Shown here piece after piece: positions 46,850-59,900 of a stretch of 64,000 nucleotides of DNA; position 1 is the stretch's first letter; each line of letters begins with the position of its first letter. Where the stretch lies: assembly GCA_002269645.1 (NCBI GenBank), contig NIVC01000984.1:433202-497201 (forward strand), given 5' to 3'. A model generated the notes under the pieces. It was given only the letters and a program-made list of their open reading frames with translations. It ran no database searches and was not told where the DNA came from. Source of the stretch: Macrostomum lignano (Eukaryota). A program made the position numbers and the translations under genes.

Positions 46850-48802
46850 TCATTGTCTGATTATAATAAATCTTCTTTATCTTCTCATGTCAGGGCGCAA
46901 GCTGATGAAATCGGCCTTGGTGTAGGGTGCCAATTTCAACACCCGCGTATTGCTGCAAAGGGCATTTTGAGGATCTTCAACAACCTTTGAGAGTGTGCAG
47001 TAAATTCTAGCTCAGTATTGACTTTGAGTGACGCAACTTGCGCCACGCGACGCAGAGTTGAGCTAGTGAGGAGGGATTGGGAAGAGTGGAGGGCGAAGAT
47101 TGGATGGATTGAAACTTCCGCCCGGTTTTCATAGTTTTTCAAGCATTTTTAATATCAAAATAGTTGGCCAGTTGATAGAGACACTGCTCACTGGGGCAAA
47201 GGGTGGCGGCTTTTCAATGTTGCTGAGTATAAGTGATAATAGTAATGATAAAGCTACTGTCGGCCTCCGTATGTTTTTTAGATAAGAGGCAGGGGGCTGT
47301 GCGCACCCTGGCGCATTTTAGGCGACATTGTCACACAACCGGCGAAAGGCATTACTGCCCATTACGCCGACTTCCTTGAGCAGGCACACAAGCGCGCGGA
47401 TACGTACGCAGTCACACGCACAGGCACACACTCACAGTAGTGTACAGCGGCCCTAACTTTATTTATCGTTAGGCATGTACATTTCACTGTGCCTCGGGGG
47501 TTGGCCCTCAAAGCCTTCAATTGCACGAGCAAAGCCAAGCCGTGATTCCAATTTGCCTGGGCGCCGCGCTAACCGCGTAGGCTACGCCCTCCCCTCTCAT
47601 GTCTCTACGAGCGTACACCAGAATTCCTGCAATCGATCCGAATTGACCCGAATTTCAGAATGCGGAAGTGGTGGCCAGTGAAGTACTGGGAGATTCCGGC
47701 TGAGCAAATTGAAGTCTAGAGTCGCGCCCGGCTCGCAACTCTTGAGGAGTGATCGCGGGACTCTGTCTAATTATCATTTATTAAAGATTATTCCTCGAAA
47801 TAAAACCGCCGCTCGCCTCCGCCAAAGCGGATTTAATTATCCATCTTTTTAATGCAGCAAAAAATGAAACTGTCAAGCCAGCAGTTTCCAGGTGTCAAGC
47901 GAAAAGTCAATTAGGGCACGCCAGGTTTAATTAAGCAGTTTATTTCCAAGGGCTGGCATCGAGAGCCAAGCTTTGGAAATGTGAATAATTTACATGTAGC
48001 TAGCGCCCCCCCTCCCCTCCGAAAATCAGTGCTCCCTCACGCAAAAGATGAGAAGACGCGGCGGCACGCATGCTCCCTGTGCGTGCCACGTTGCATCATT
48101 TTAATTGACAATCGCAGCAGAGCCATTTGACGAAAATCGTTGTAGACCTTCCGGGCTCGAACTTTGAAGAGTCCATCCAGCAAGCTGAGCAATACGATAT
48201 ACAGCCCCTAAGGGAGGCATTGCCAAAATTTAGAAAATAAACGTGTGTCCATACGCTCGCCATAGCCTAAAGATTTTCGAATGCACAGCAGCAGCAGCAG
48301 CATTCTCTCGTACTGGGCATCGCCAGAGGCAGCCAGAATCACTGCTAATTAATTAATTAGAAGGGGCCTTATGGGATGCATTATTTATTACTCTCCCTTG
48401 AATAAATTATTGCGGCAGCATCCAGGCAGGCCCGTAATAAGCGTATTCTGCCAAAAAGTGCGCGCTAAACTCCAAACCCCGTTGCCAGCTGTACCCGAAG
48501 GCCTGGCAGAGTGGCCCAGCGATTGTTAACCCAAATTTTTTAATTACTGACCAGCCAAATAACAGGACGGAAGGACTTGCCATGGGATTAGCCTCTGTAT
48601 GTCCGATCTAATCGCAGGGAAACCCCAACTGCATTGTAAATAAGCTACGATAATCTTCCACTTACTCAAGACAAGCTGACTGCAGCACTAGAGGTGTGGC
48701 GGGACGTATAAAGAGCAGGTGAGGATGACAAGCCAGAGGCAAGGACGACCCACGTGGCAGAACTGGAAACATTCTTCTTAGAAAATCTTTAAAGAAACGA
48801 TA

Positions 48803-50086
48803 CGAGGGCTGAGCAATAAGTTTCCGGATGTGCCCAGACAGAAATAGTTAGAGAGAAAAAAACAGTTACATCTTTTCAAAGTACTCTTCAGCAGATTCGA
48901 TGCAAATTTTCATGCGCTTAAATCACTTGCTGAAGCAGCTGGACCAATCTGAAGCAGGCCCCTCCTCCACATGCCGTGTGAAGGCCTCCACCGCAGCTTT
49001 GGTGATCCATAGCGGATTCCACGCATCCTGCACTTGATTTGTGGAAGCACAAAAAAGTCGCAGGGGGCCAGGTCGGGGCTGTAGGGTGGATGACCGAGCT
49101 CTTGAATGCGCTCTCCGGCCAGGAACTACGCCACCTGTCGAGCCTTGTGGGCCGGGGCGTTGTTGTGATGAAGAAGGATGCCCCGAGCTCGAGTCCTTGG
49201 GCGACGCCTGGAGAGAGCGCTCAGCACTTCTGGCAGGCAAACGTTGGCGGACCAGTTACCGGTGACTGTGCGCTGCTGCATGAGTGGAACCGTGGCCAGA
49301 TGACCGGTTTTCGCCACAAAAACAACCACCATCTGCTTCGCCACGCTGCGCTCTCGCCGAAGCTTGGATGGTGGGGTGCCGCCAACTGGAGTCCGCTGGG
49401 CCGACTGCTGCTTAGTCTCCGGGTTGAAACTATAGATCCAGGACTCATCACCACTGACAATATCCCAGACCGAGTTTGAGCTGCCTCCGTTGAATCTGTC
49501 GAGCATGGTGCGGAACCAGGTCACCCGAGCCTCCTTCTGCTCCGGAGCCAGCTGATGAGGCACCCAGCGTGCAGAAATCTTGCTCAGGTCCTGATGGATC
49601 CTGATGAGATGCCCACCTCTGCCTCTATCTGGGCCACAGTCACTCGGGCATCATCCTCAACCATGGCCCGGACAGCAGCAACATTATCCTCGGTCTTGGC
49701 GGAGACAGACCGGCCGCTGCGCTCCTCATCATCCAGACTCTGCCTGCCGCGTCGAAATTCGGCAAACCAGTCAAAAACGGTGGATCTAGAAGATGCTTCA
49801 TCCCCAAAAGCTCATCGCAATCGCTCAAGACTTTCTTGCTGCCGCAAACCACTTAAAATCGTAATAGATCATTGCTCTAAAATGACTGCTGTTGAGCTCC
49901 ATTGTGAATTTGATAGATAGGGTGGGTATGCTAGCTTGGTTTGGGTGCTGCACTGGCTATATATGACCAGTGTGTCTGAAACTTTACAAACATTGTACTT
50001 ATATAATGTACTTGACACCAACGGTGTCAGATTTTGTTAGCCGCCCCTCAACTATGCACATCCGGAAACTTATTGCTTAGCCCTCG
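48803..50086 (-). mobile_element. Full-length mariner (Tc1/mariner, DD34D type) transposon, 1284 bp
   Basis: 31-bp TIRs cgagggct[g/a]agcaataagtttccggatgtgc, TA duplications at 48801-48802 and 50087-50088; transposase remnants. Confidence 0.95.
48920..49902 (-). pseudogene. Inactivated mariner transposase
   Basis: MELNSSHFRAMIYYDFK start at 49902; HTH FGDEASSRSTVFDWFAEF; WVPHQL; VSGDESW; HHNNAPAH (HDNA Asp changed to Asn); HPPYSPDLAPCDF; several frameshifts and stops. Confidence 0.9.
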
Positions 50087-50169
50087 TAGTGTATTTTTTC
50101 AAGTACAGTCAGCCTTCGAATGTTTTCCAAGAAAGGATGCTTTACGTCCTACTTAGAGCGTTCTTGGCG

Positions 50170-52060
50170 AAAAGCTGAGTGGTTGAAGGAGTGACAGGCT
50201 GAGTGGGTAAAGGAGTGACAGGCTGAGTGGGTGAGGGAGTGACAGACTGAGCGGGTGAGAAATGACAGACTGAGCGGGTGAGGGAGTGACAGGCTGAGTG
50301 GGTGAGGGAGTGACAGACTGAGCGGGTGAGAAATGACAGGCTGAGCGGGTGAGGGAGTGACAGGCTGAGTGGGTGAGGGAGTGATAGGCTGAGTGGGTGA
50401 GGGAGTGACAGGCTGAGCGGGTGAGGGAGTGACAGGCTGAGTGGGTGAGGGAGTGACAGGCTGAGTGGGTGAGGGAGTGACAGGCTGAGTGGGTGATGGA
50501 GTGACAGGCTGAGCGGGTGAGGGAGTGACAGGCTGAGTGGGTGAGGGAGTGACAGGCTGAGCGGGTGAGAAATGACAGGCTGAGCGGGTGAGGGAGTGAC
50601 AGGCTGAGTGGGTGAGGGAGTGACAGGCTGAGCGGGTGAGGGAGTGACAGGCTGAGTGGGTGAGGGAGTGACAGGCTGAGTGGGTGAGGGAGTGACAGGC
50701 TGAGTGGGTGAGGGAGTGACAGGCTGAGCGGGTGAGGGAGTGACAGGCTGAGTGGGTGAGAAATGACAGGCTGAGCGGGTGAGAAATGACAGGCTGAGCG
50801 GGTGAGGGAGTGACAGGCTGAGTGGGTGAGGGAGTGACAGGCTGAGTGGGTGAGGGAGTGACAGGCTGAGTGGGTGAGAAATGACAGGCTGAGCGGGTGA
50901 GAAATGACAGGCTGAGCGGGTGAGAAATGACAGGCTGAGTGGATGAAGGAGTGACAGGCTGAGTGGGTGAGGGAGTGACAGGCTGAGCGGGTGAGGGAGT
51001 GACAGGCTGAGTGGGTGAGGGAGTGACAGGCTGAGTGGGTGAGGGAGTGACAGGCTGAGTGGGTGATGGAGTGACAGGCTGAGCGGGTGAGGGAGTGACA
51101 GGCTGAGTGGGTGAGGGAGTGACAGGCTGAGCGGGTGAGAAATGACAGGCTGAGCGGGTGAGGGAGTGACAGGCTGAGTGGGTGAGGGAGTGACAGGCTG
51201 AGCGGGTGAGGGAGTGACAGGCTGAGTGGGTGAGGGAGTGACAGGCTGAGTGGGTGAGGGAGTGACAGGCTGAGTGGGTGAGGGAGTGACAGGCTGAGGT
51301 GAGGGAGTGACAGGCTGAGTGGGTGAGAAATGACAGGCTGAGCGGTGAGAAATGACAGGCTGAGCGGGTGAGGGAGTGACAGGCTGAGTGGGTGAGGGAG
51401 TGACAGGCTGAGTGGGTGAGGGAGTGACAGGCTGAGTGGGTGAGAAATGACAGGCTGAGCGGGTGAGAAATGACAGGCTGAGCGGGTGAGAAATGACAGG
51501 CTGAGTGGATGAAGGAGTGACAGGCTGAGTGGGTGAGGGAGTGACAGGCTGAGCGGGTGAGGGAGTGACAGGCTAAGTGGGTGAGGGAGTGACAGGCTGA
51601 GCGGGTGAGGGAGAGACAGGCTGAGCGGGTGAGGGAGTGACAGGCTGAGTGGGTGAGGGAGTGACAGGCTGAGCGGGTGAGGGAGTGACAGGCTGAGCGG
51701 GTGAGAATGACAGACTGAGTGGGTGAGGGAGTGACAGGCTGAGTGGGTGAGGGAGTGACAGACTGACAGGCTGAGTGGGTGAGGGAGTGACAGGCTGAGC
51801 GGGTGAGGGAGTGACAGGCTGAGTGGGTGAGGGAGTGACAGGCTGAGTGGGTGAGGGAGTGACAGGCTGAGTGGGTAAAGGAGTGACAGGCTGAGCGGGT
51901 GATGGAGTGACAGGCTGAGCGGGTGAGGGAGTGACAGGCTGAGTGGGTAAAGGAGTGACAGGCTGAATTGGGTAAAGGAGTGACAGGCTGAGTGGGTGAT
52001 GGAGAGACAGGCTGAGTGGGTGATGGAGTGACAGGCTGAGTGGGTGAGGGAGTGACAGGC
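50170..52060. repeat. 24-bp minisatellite (gagtgacaggctgagtgggtgagg)n
   Basis: About 80 units; shares core gtgacag[a/g]ctgag with 45195-45400. Confidence 0.97.
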
Positions 52061-52574
52061 TGAGGATAATTGAAAAGCAAAAAGAAATTCAAGCAAACAA
52101 GTCAATGCTGAGTCAAGTCAAGTTCAATTATGTAAAAATACGAGCCCAAGTCGCAACAAATCAGTTTAGTGTTCAACCTTGTGTAGTGAATAATAATAGC
52201 ATGATTTTAAATATATATTTATACGCAAGAATGTTTTCAAACATCAAAATTATTTATATAAGAATAAAAAATTACGAGAGGGATAATCACTGCATGAATA
52301 AAGCGGCTCTAAGGCTGGGAGTGGAGCATTCGATAATAAAAACTAACAGCACACTTGGCCACCAGTTGATCTCGCATAGAAACCAAGGCTTTGAGTCAGT
52401 TTTTTGAGCACGAATACATAGCGTTTAAACTCGATTTTAATAACTAGCTAAGTTTCAAAAGCTGAATGAATAAAACTTTTCTGGAGGAGGTGCTGACAAC
52501 AAACTGGCTAAAGTGCAGAGCTTAATATCAACCGCAGCATCGGCTGCGCAACTCTCAGCGATCGGAAAGATGAC

Positions 52575-53200
52575 ACTCGCAACACATTAGGATAATCAAT
52601 CTGCAGATCTCAACACATTAGGATAATCAATCTGCAGATCTCAACACATTAGGATAATCAATCTGCAGATCTCAACACATTAGGACAATCAATCTGCAGA
52701 TCTCAACACCTTAGGATAACCAATCTGCAGATCGCAACACATTAGGATAACCAATCTGCAGATCTCAACACATTAGGATAATCAATCTGCAGATCTCAAC
52801 ACATTAGGATAATCAATCTGCAGATCTCAACACATTAGGATAACCAATCTGCAGATCTCAACACATTAGGATAATCAATCTGCAGATCGCAACACATTAG
52901 GATAATCAATCTGCAGATGGCAACACATTAGGATAATCAATCTGCAGATCGCAACACATTAGGATATAACCAATCTGCAGATCTCAACACATTAGGATAA
53001 TCAATCTGCAGATCTCAACACATTAGGATAATCAATCTGCAGATCGCAACACATTAGGATAATCAATCTGCAGATCTCAACACATTAGGATAACCAATCT
53101 GCAGATCTCAACACATTAGGATAATCAATCTGCAGATCTCAACACATTAGGATAATCAATCTGCAGATCTCAACACATTAGGATAACCAATCTGCAGATT
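52575..53200. repeat. 31-bp minisatellite (aacacattaggataatcaatctgcagatctc)n
   Basis: About 20 units, each with the palindrome atctgcagat. Confidence 0.95.
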
Positions 53201-53790
53201 TCAGTCAAAAGTAAGCTAGAAAAGTACATTTTAATCTAATAACAAAGAAACAGAGCGAAGTCAGTCATGCCATACAACACAACCGACTCACATTGAGTGG
53301 GTGTGTGAACATGCATGGAACAATTTGCTATCAAGAAATCACAGAAGCATCAACAGCAGTTCAATAAGGTTGGGAATTACCATAGAAAGCTAGGGATATT
53401 GATAAATTGAATTTTGTCTAATATCACAAATAATAAAAAAATCTCGGCATCTGAAAAATGGAAGGAACCGGCAACAGCAACTGATGCAATGCCGAACGAT
53501 CAATATTGATAGAGGCTTATAAAGAAACGGAAAAATATAAATTGAAACCGTGGAATGACCAATTAACAAACGGTTAGTGCGCTGATTGTGAAATAAGAAA
53601 TGGCCTATTGGAAAAGTTATGGTGTCTGGAAAGTTTAAGCTAATGCCGACAGCTAAAATAAAAAATAAATATAATTAACAGGCGTTAAGAACCAAATAGA
53701 GAAAGATGACCAAGTCTCCCGGATAGTGAAGTTAATCACAGAATGCTGATGAATAATAGCATCCGATGTCTGCATGGGGCCAGTAGCAGC

Positions 53791-53888
53791 TCACAAGTTT
53801 GTGACCTCCTCCTTTTCGCCAGCGAACACCGAGTCCATCGATGGTCCGCTTGATGACACGGAATTCTGCGATCCCATGGTCTGCCCAG

Positions 53889-53925
<37 letters not shown>

Positions 53926-56900
53926 CTGGGGTGGCTGAACCGGCGGCGGAGGCGGCCGCGGTCTGGCCGGCGTTGGAGCTAGCGGCGCTGGCAGAGCGGC
54001 CTCTGATTCCTCTTTGCCGCTTAGCGACAGATCCAGGCGGGGGGCGGCGGTGGTCGTTGATGACGGCGGAGCGGGCGGCCTGTTAGGTGGAATTGGTGGA
54101 GGCTGATGTGGCTGTTGCTGCTGTTGCTGCTGCTGCTGCTGCTGTGGCGGTGGAGGCGGCGGAGGCTGCTGCGGAGGCGGCGGCTGATGTGGCTGTTGTT
54201 GTTGCTGCTGCTGTGGAGGTGGAGGTGGCGGAGGCTGCTGCGGAGGCGGCGGCTGATGTGGCTGTTGCTGTTGCTGCTGCTGTGGCGGTGGAGGCGGCGG
54301 AGGCTGCTGAGGCGGTTGCTGGGCGGCGGAGGCTGCTGCGCAGGTGACGGTGAAGGCTGGTGGGGCTGCTGTTGCTGCACAGGTTCAGCCTGTTCAGTAT
54401 GATTTCGCTGCTGTTGCTGAGTGGGCGGCGGCGGTGGCGGAGCCGCTTTTCTAGGTCGGGCGGGCGAGCTGGCGGGCAGGAAGGCCGTGGCCGGCCGGGC
54501 GGCGGGCGGGTCTGGGTGGTACCGCGGGCTAAAATTGGCAACGGCGTTAAAAGAAGGGCTGGGTTTAGATACAACACTAATGATGGATTTATTGTGAATG
54601 TGATGAGGAAACTGAGTAATCATCAGTATTGAAAAAATAAACGTGACGCGCGTGCTTAAGTACCCATCTCCGTAGAGTGAAAAGAGGAAGACTTAAAATG
54701 CATGTATATTCATAAACCAGCTGAATGACAACCACCACAGTTTAAGGAATTAGCCTACGCATTTGGGAGAAGAGGGGTTTGATCTGGGGCGTGTGTACAT
54801 TGTGATTCATGAGGGTTGATCTGGGGCGTGTGTACATTGTGATTCATGAGGTTGATCTGGGCGTGTGTACATTGTGATTCATGGGGTTGATCTGGAGCGT
54901 GTGTACATTGTGATTCATGGGGTTGATCTGGGGTGTGTGTACAATGTGATTCATGGGGGTTGATCTGGGGTGTGTGTACATTGTGACTCATGGGGTTTGA
55001 TCTGGGATGTGTGTACATTGTGATTTATGAGGGTTGATCTGGATTGTGTGTACAATGTGATTCATGGGGGTTGATCTGGGGTGTGTGTACAATGTGATTC
55101 ATGGGGGTTGATCTGGGGTGTGTGTACATTGTGACTCATGGGGTTTGATCTGGGATGTGTGTACATTGTGATTTATGAGGGTTGATCTGGATTGTGTGTA
55201 CAATGTGATTCATGGGGGTTGATCTGGGGTGTGTGTACATTGTGACTCATGGGGGTTGATCTGGGGTGTGTGTACAATGTGATTCATGGGGGTTGATCTG
55301 GGGTGTGTGTACAATGTGATTCATGGGGGTTGATCTGGGGTGTGTGTACATTGTGACTCATGAGGGTTGATCTGGGGCGTGTGTACATTGTGATTCATGA
55401 GGGTTGAACTGGGGCGTGTTTACATTGTGATTCATGAGGGTTGAACTGGGGCGTGTGTACATTGTGTGATTCATGAGGGTTGATCTGGAGCGTGTGTACA
55501 TTGTGATTCATGAGGGTTGATCTGGAGTGTGTACATTGTGATTTATGAGGGTTGATCTGGGGCGTGTACATTGTGATTCATGAGGGTTGATCTGGGGTGT
55601 GTGTACAATGTGATTCATGGGGGTTGATCTGGGTGTGTACATTGTGATTTATGAGGGTTGATCTGGGGCGTGTACATTGTGATTCATGAGGGTTGATCTG
55701 GGGTGTGTGTACAATGTGATTCATGGGGGTTGATCTGGGTGTGTACATTGTGATTTATGAGGGTTGATCTGGGGTGTGTGTACATTGTGATTCATGAGGG
55801 TTGATCTCGGGTGTGTGTACATTGTGATTTATGAGGGTTGATCTGGGGCGTGTGTACAATGTGATTCATGGGGGTTGATCTGGGGTGTGTACATTGTGAT
55901 TCATGGGGGTTGATCTGGGGTGTGTACATTGTGATTTATGAGGGTTGATCTGGGGTGTGTGTACATTGTGATTCATGAGGGTTGATCTCGGGTGTGTGTA
56001 CAATGTGATTCATGGGGGTTGATCTGGGGTGTGTGTACAATGTGATTCATGGGGGTTGATCTGGGTGTGTACATTGTGATTTATGAGGGTTGAACTGGGG
56101 TGTGTGTACAATGTGATTCATGGGGGTTGATCTGGGGTGTGTACATTGTGATTCATGGGGGTTGATCTGGGGTGTGTACATTGTGATTTATGAGGGTTGA
56201 TCTGGGGTGTGTGTACATTGTGATTCATGAGGTTGATCTCGGGTGTGTGTACAATGTGATTCATGGGGGTTGATCTGGGGTGTGTACATTGTGATTTATG
56301 AGGGTTGAACTGGGGTGTGTGTACAATGTGATTCATGGGGGTTGATCTGGGGTGTGTACATTGTGATTCATGAGGGTTGAACTGGGGTGTGTGTACAATG
56401 TGATTCATGGGGGTTGATCTGGGGTGTGTGTACATTGTGATTCATGGGGGTTGATCTGGGGTGTGTGTACATTGTGATTCATGGGGGTTGATCTGGGGTG
56501 TGTACATTGACTGATAAAAATTTACTTCAGTACAAAAACGCTTCGTATTATTTTCAAATCGAAAACTCATTAAGCTCTACACGTCTGTATGCACGAAAAT
56601 TAATCCAGATCTAGCTATTTTTTAGCAAATGTCTAATGGACTGCGAGATTTAATGCATTTTTAAGTGAATGAAAAATATACACAGATACCCTACTAAGCT
56701 ACTCTACTCATGCAAATCGCCGTTAAAATGTAAGCAAAAATAGAATAATTCAAACCATTGTGACAGTACACTGAGCACCCATTTACCAGGTAGGGAGGAA
56801 ATTGTATAATAAAAAGAACAGTAAATTAGAAAAGTGAGCCAGTGAGGCATCGCATTTGAACTGATTTTGAGTACGGCTAGTTGTTTGTCTAAAAATAATT

Positions 56901-59900
56901 ATACAATCGTACACATATTTTAGTTGCTGAAGCCGGTGAACATTCAATCTCATGCTGTTGTTGCTGCTGTTCGCCGGTGATGCTGCTGCAGGAAAATCAA
57001 TTGAAAAACTGTCAAAACATGCTGTCCCATGCATTTTGGGGTGATAACGGTCCAACTTGGCTACTGACTGGCTTCGTCAGTAGTAGCCATAGATTAGTGC
57101 CTTTAAAATCATCTACTAAACGAATTCGTTCTTGTGTATCTAACCAGATCTTTCTCATTAATTTTTTTGTCAAAAAAGTTTGTTAAAGTAGAATTATTGA
57201 AAAAATATGGAAATTTTAATGAATTGGCTGACGCTGGTTCTTAGACAAAAAAGTTCAATGCACGCCCAAATTTTTGTTTAGGATTTCATTCGATTATTTT
57301 CGTCTACAAAAACCGAACTATTTTTAAAAAATAGCTAGTAATTAAATGTGAAAAAATGATTCAAAATTTATCACTAAATATTGGAATCGGCGAATTACTC
57401 TTTACGAAATAATTTGAAAGGAAACTGATGCAATAGCTATCTGATATTTATAGCATTATAGTGGACCCAGTTATTGAACTAGCAACCATATTGTGTGACA
57501 AAAGAATACAGGTAAGGCAATCAAAGAAATTCTGTTTGGCCGAACCGGTTAATTTTCAGACTGCCTTTGGACTTGAGCTTGCCGACCAAATGGCTGATGC
57601 TATTCTTCCTGTCGGGATTGTAAATGCAAAGCAACGCGCATTTGCGCTGATTAGGAAGCCATTGACTGTCCGGTGCTGATAGTCAATCAAAATCTAGTGG
57701 GAAACTGTCAACAATCTGACTTGTAGTAAACTCCAGTCACCAATCTACTGACTTGTGAACTCCAGTCACCATCCAATCTACTGACTTGTGAACTCCAGTC
57801 ACCAATCTACTGACTTTTGAACTCCAGTCACCAATCTACTGACTTGTGAACTCCAGTCACCAATCTACTGACTTGTGAACTTCAGTCACCAATCTACTGA
57901 CTTGTGAACTCCAGTCACCAATCTACTGACTTGTGAACTCCAGTCACATCCAATCTACTGACTTGTGAACTTCAGTCACCAATCTACTGACTTGTGAACT
58001 TCAGTCACCAATCTACTGACTTGTGAACTCCAGTCACCAATCTACTGACTTGTGAACTCCAGTCACCATCCAATCTACTGACTTGTGAACTTCAGTCACC
58101 AATCTACTGACTTGTGAACTTCAGTCACCAATCTACTGACTTGTGAACTCCAGTCACCAATCTACTGACTTGTGAACTCCAGTCACCAATCTACTGACTT
58201 TTGAACTCCAGTCACCAATCTACTGACTTGTGAACTCCAGTCACCAATCTACTGACTTGTGAACTCCAGTCACCAATCTACTGACTTTTGAACTCCAGTC
58301 ACCAATCTACTGACTTGTGAACTCCAGTCACCAATCTACTGACTTGTGAACTCCAGTCACCATCCAATCTACTGACTTGTGAACTCCAGTCACCAATCTA
58401 CTGACTTTTGAACTCCAGTCACCAATCTACTGACTTGTGAACTCCAGTCACCAATCTACTGACTTGTGAACTTCAGTCACCAATCTACTGACTTGTGAAC
58501 TCCAGTCACCAATCTACTGACTTGTGAACTTCAGTCACCAATCTACTGACTTGTGAACTCCAGTCACCATCCAATCTACTGACTTGTGAACTCCAGTCAC
58601 CAATCTACTGACTTGTGAACTCCAGTCACCAATCTACTGACTTTTTAACTCCAGTCACCAATCTACTGACTTGTGAACTTCAGTCACCAATCTACTGACT
58701 TTTGAACTCCAGTCACCAATCTACTGACTTGTGAACTCCAGTCACCAATCTACTGACTTTTGAACTCCAGTCACCATCCAATCTACTGACTTGTGAACTT
58801 CAGTCACCAATCTACTGACTTGTGAACTCCAGTCACCATCCAATCTACTGACTTGTGAACTTCAGTCACCAATCTACTGACTTGTGAACTTCAGTCAGCA
58901 ATCTACTGACTTGTGAACTCCAGTCACCAATCTACTGACTTGTGAACTTCAGTCACCAATCTACTGACTTGTGAACTCCAGTCACCAATCTACTGATTTG
59001 TGAACTCCAGTCACCAATCTACTGACTTGTGAACTTCAGTCACCAATCTACTGACTTGTGAACTCCAGTCACCAATCTACTGACTTGTGAACTCCAGTCA
59101 CCATCCAATCTACTGACTTGTGAACTTCAGTCACCAATCTACTGACTTTTGAACTCCAGTCACCAATCTACTGACTTGTGAACTCCAGTCACCAATCTAC
59201 TGACTTGTGAACTTCAGTCACCAATCTACTGACTTGTGAACTCCAGTCACCAATCTACTGACTTGTGAACTTCAGTCACCAATCTACTGACTTGTGAACT
59301 CCAGTCACCATCCAATCTACTGACTTGTGAACTCCAGTCACCAATCTACTGACTTGTGAACTCCAGTCACCAATCTACTGACTTGTGAACTCCAGTCACC
59401 AATCTACTGATTTGTGAACTCCAGTCACCAATCTACTGACTTGTGAACTTCAGTCACCAATCTACTGACTTGTGAACTCCAGTCACCAATCTACTGACTT
59501 GTGAACTTCAGTCACCAATCTACTGACTTGTGAACTCCAGTCACCAATCTACTGATTTGTGAACTCCAGTCACCAATCTACTGACTTGTGAACTTCAGTC
59601 ACCAATCTACTGACTTGTGAACTCCAGTCACCAATCTACTGACTTGTGAACTCCAGTCACCATCCAATCTACTGACTTGTGAACTTCAGTCACCAATCTA
59701 CTGACTTGTGAACTTCAGTCACCAATCTACTGACTTGTGAACTCCAGTCACCAATCTACTGACTTGTGAACTCCAGTCACCAATCTACTGACTTTTGAAC
59801 TCCAGTCACCAATCTACTGACTTGTGAACTCCAGTCACCAATCTACTGACTTGTGAACTCCAGTCACCAATCTACTGACTTGTGAACTTCAATCACCAAT

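Noticed and set aside
50149-52105. ~650-aa ORFs ([16 protein letters not shown]), and similar ORFs at 6312-7122, 7461-8487, 15339-16223, 22502-23285, 25997-27226, 60319-61161 and 63350-63922
   Set aside because: Stop-free translations of minisatellites, open in several frames, lying in introns, a MITE or intergenic DNA.
56905-56985. Extra Gln-rich exon of the Pro/Gln gene (SITGEQQQQQHEIEC..)
   Set aside because: The acceptor looks good but only a weak phase-2 donor exists, and the flanking exons join in frame without it.
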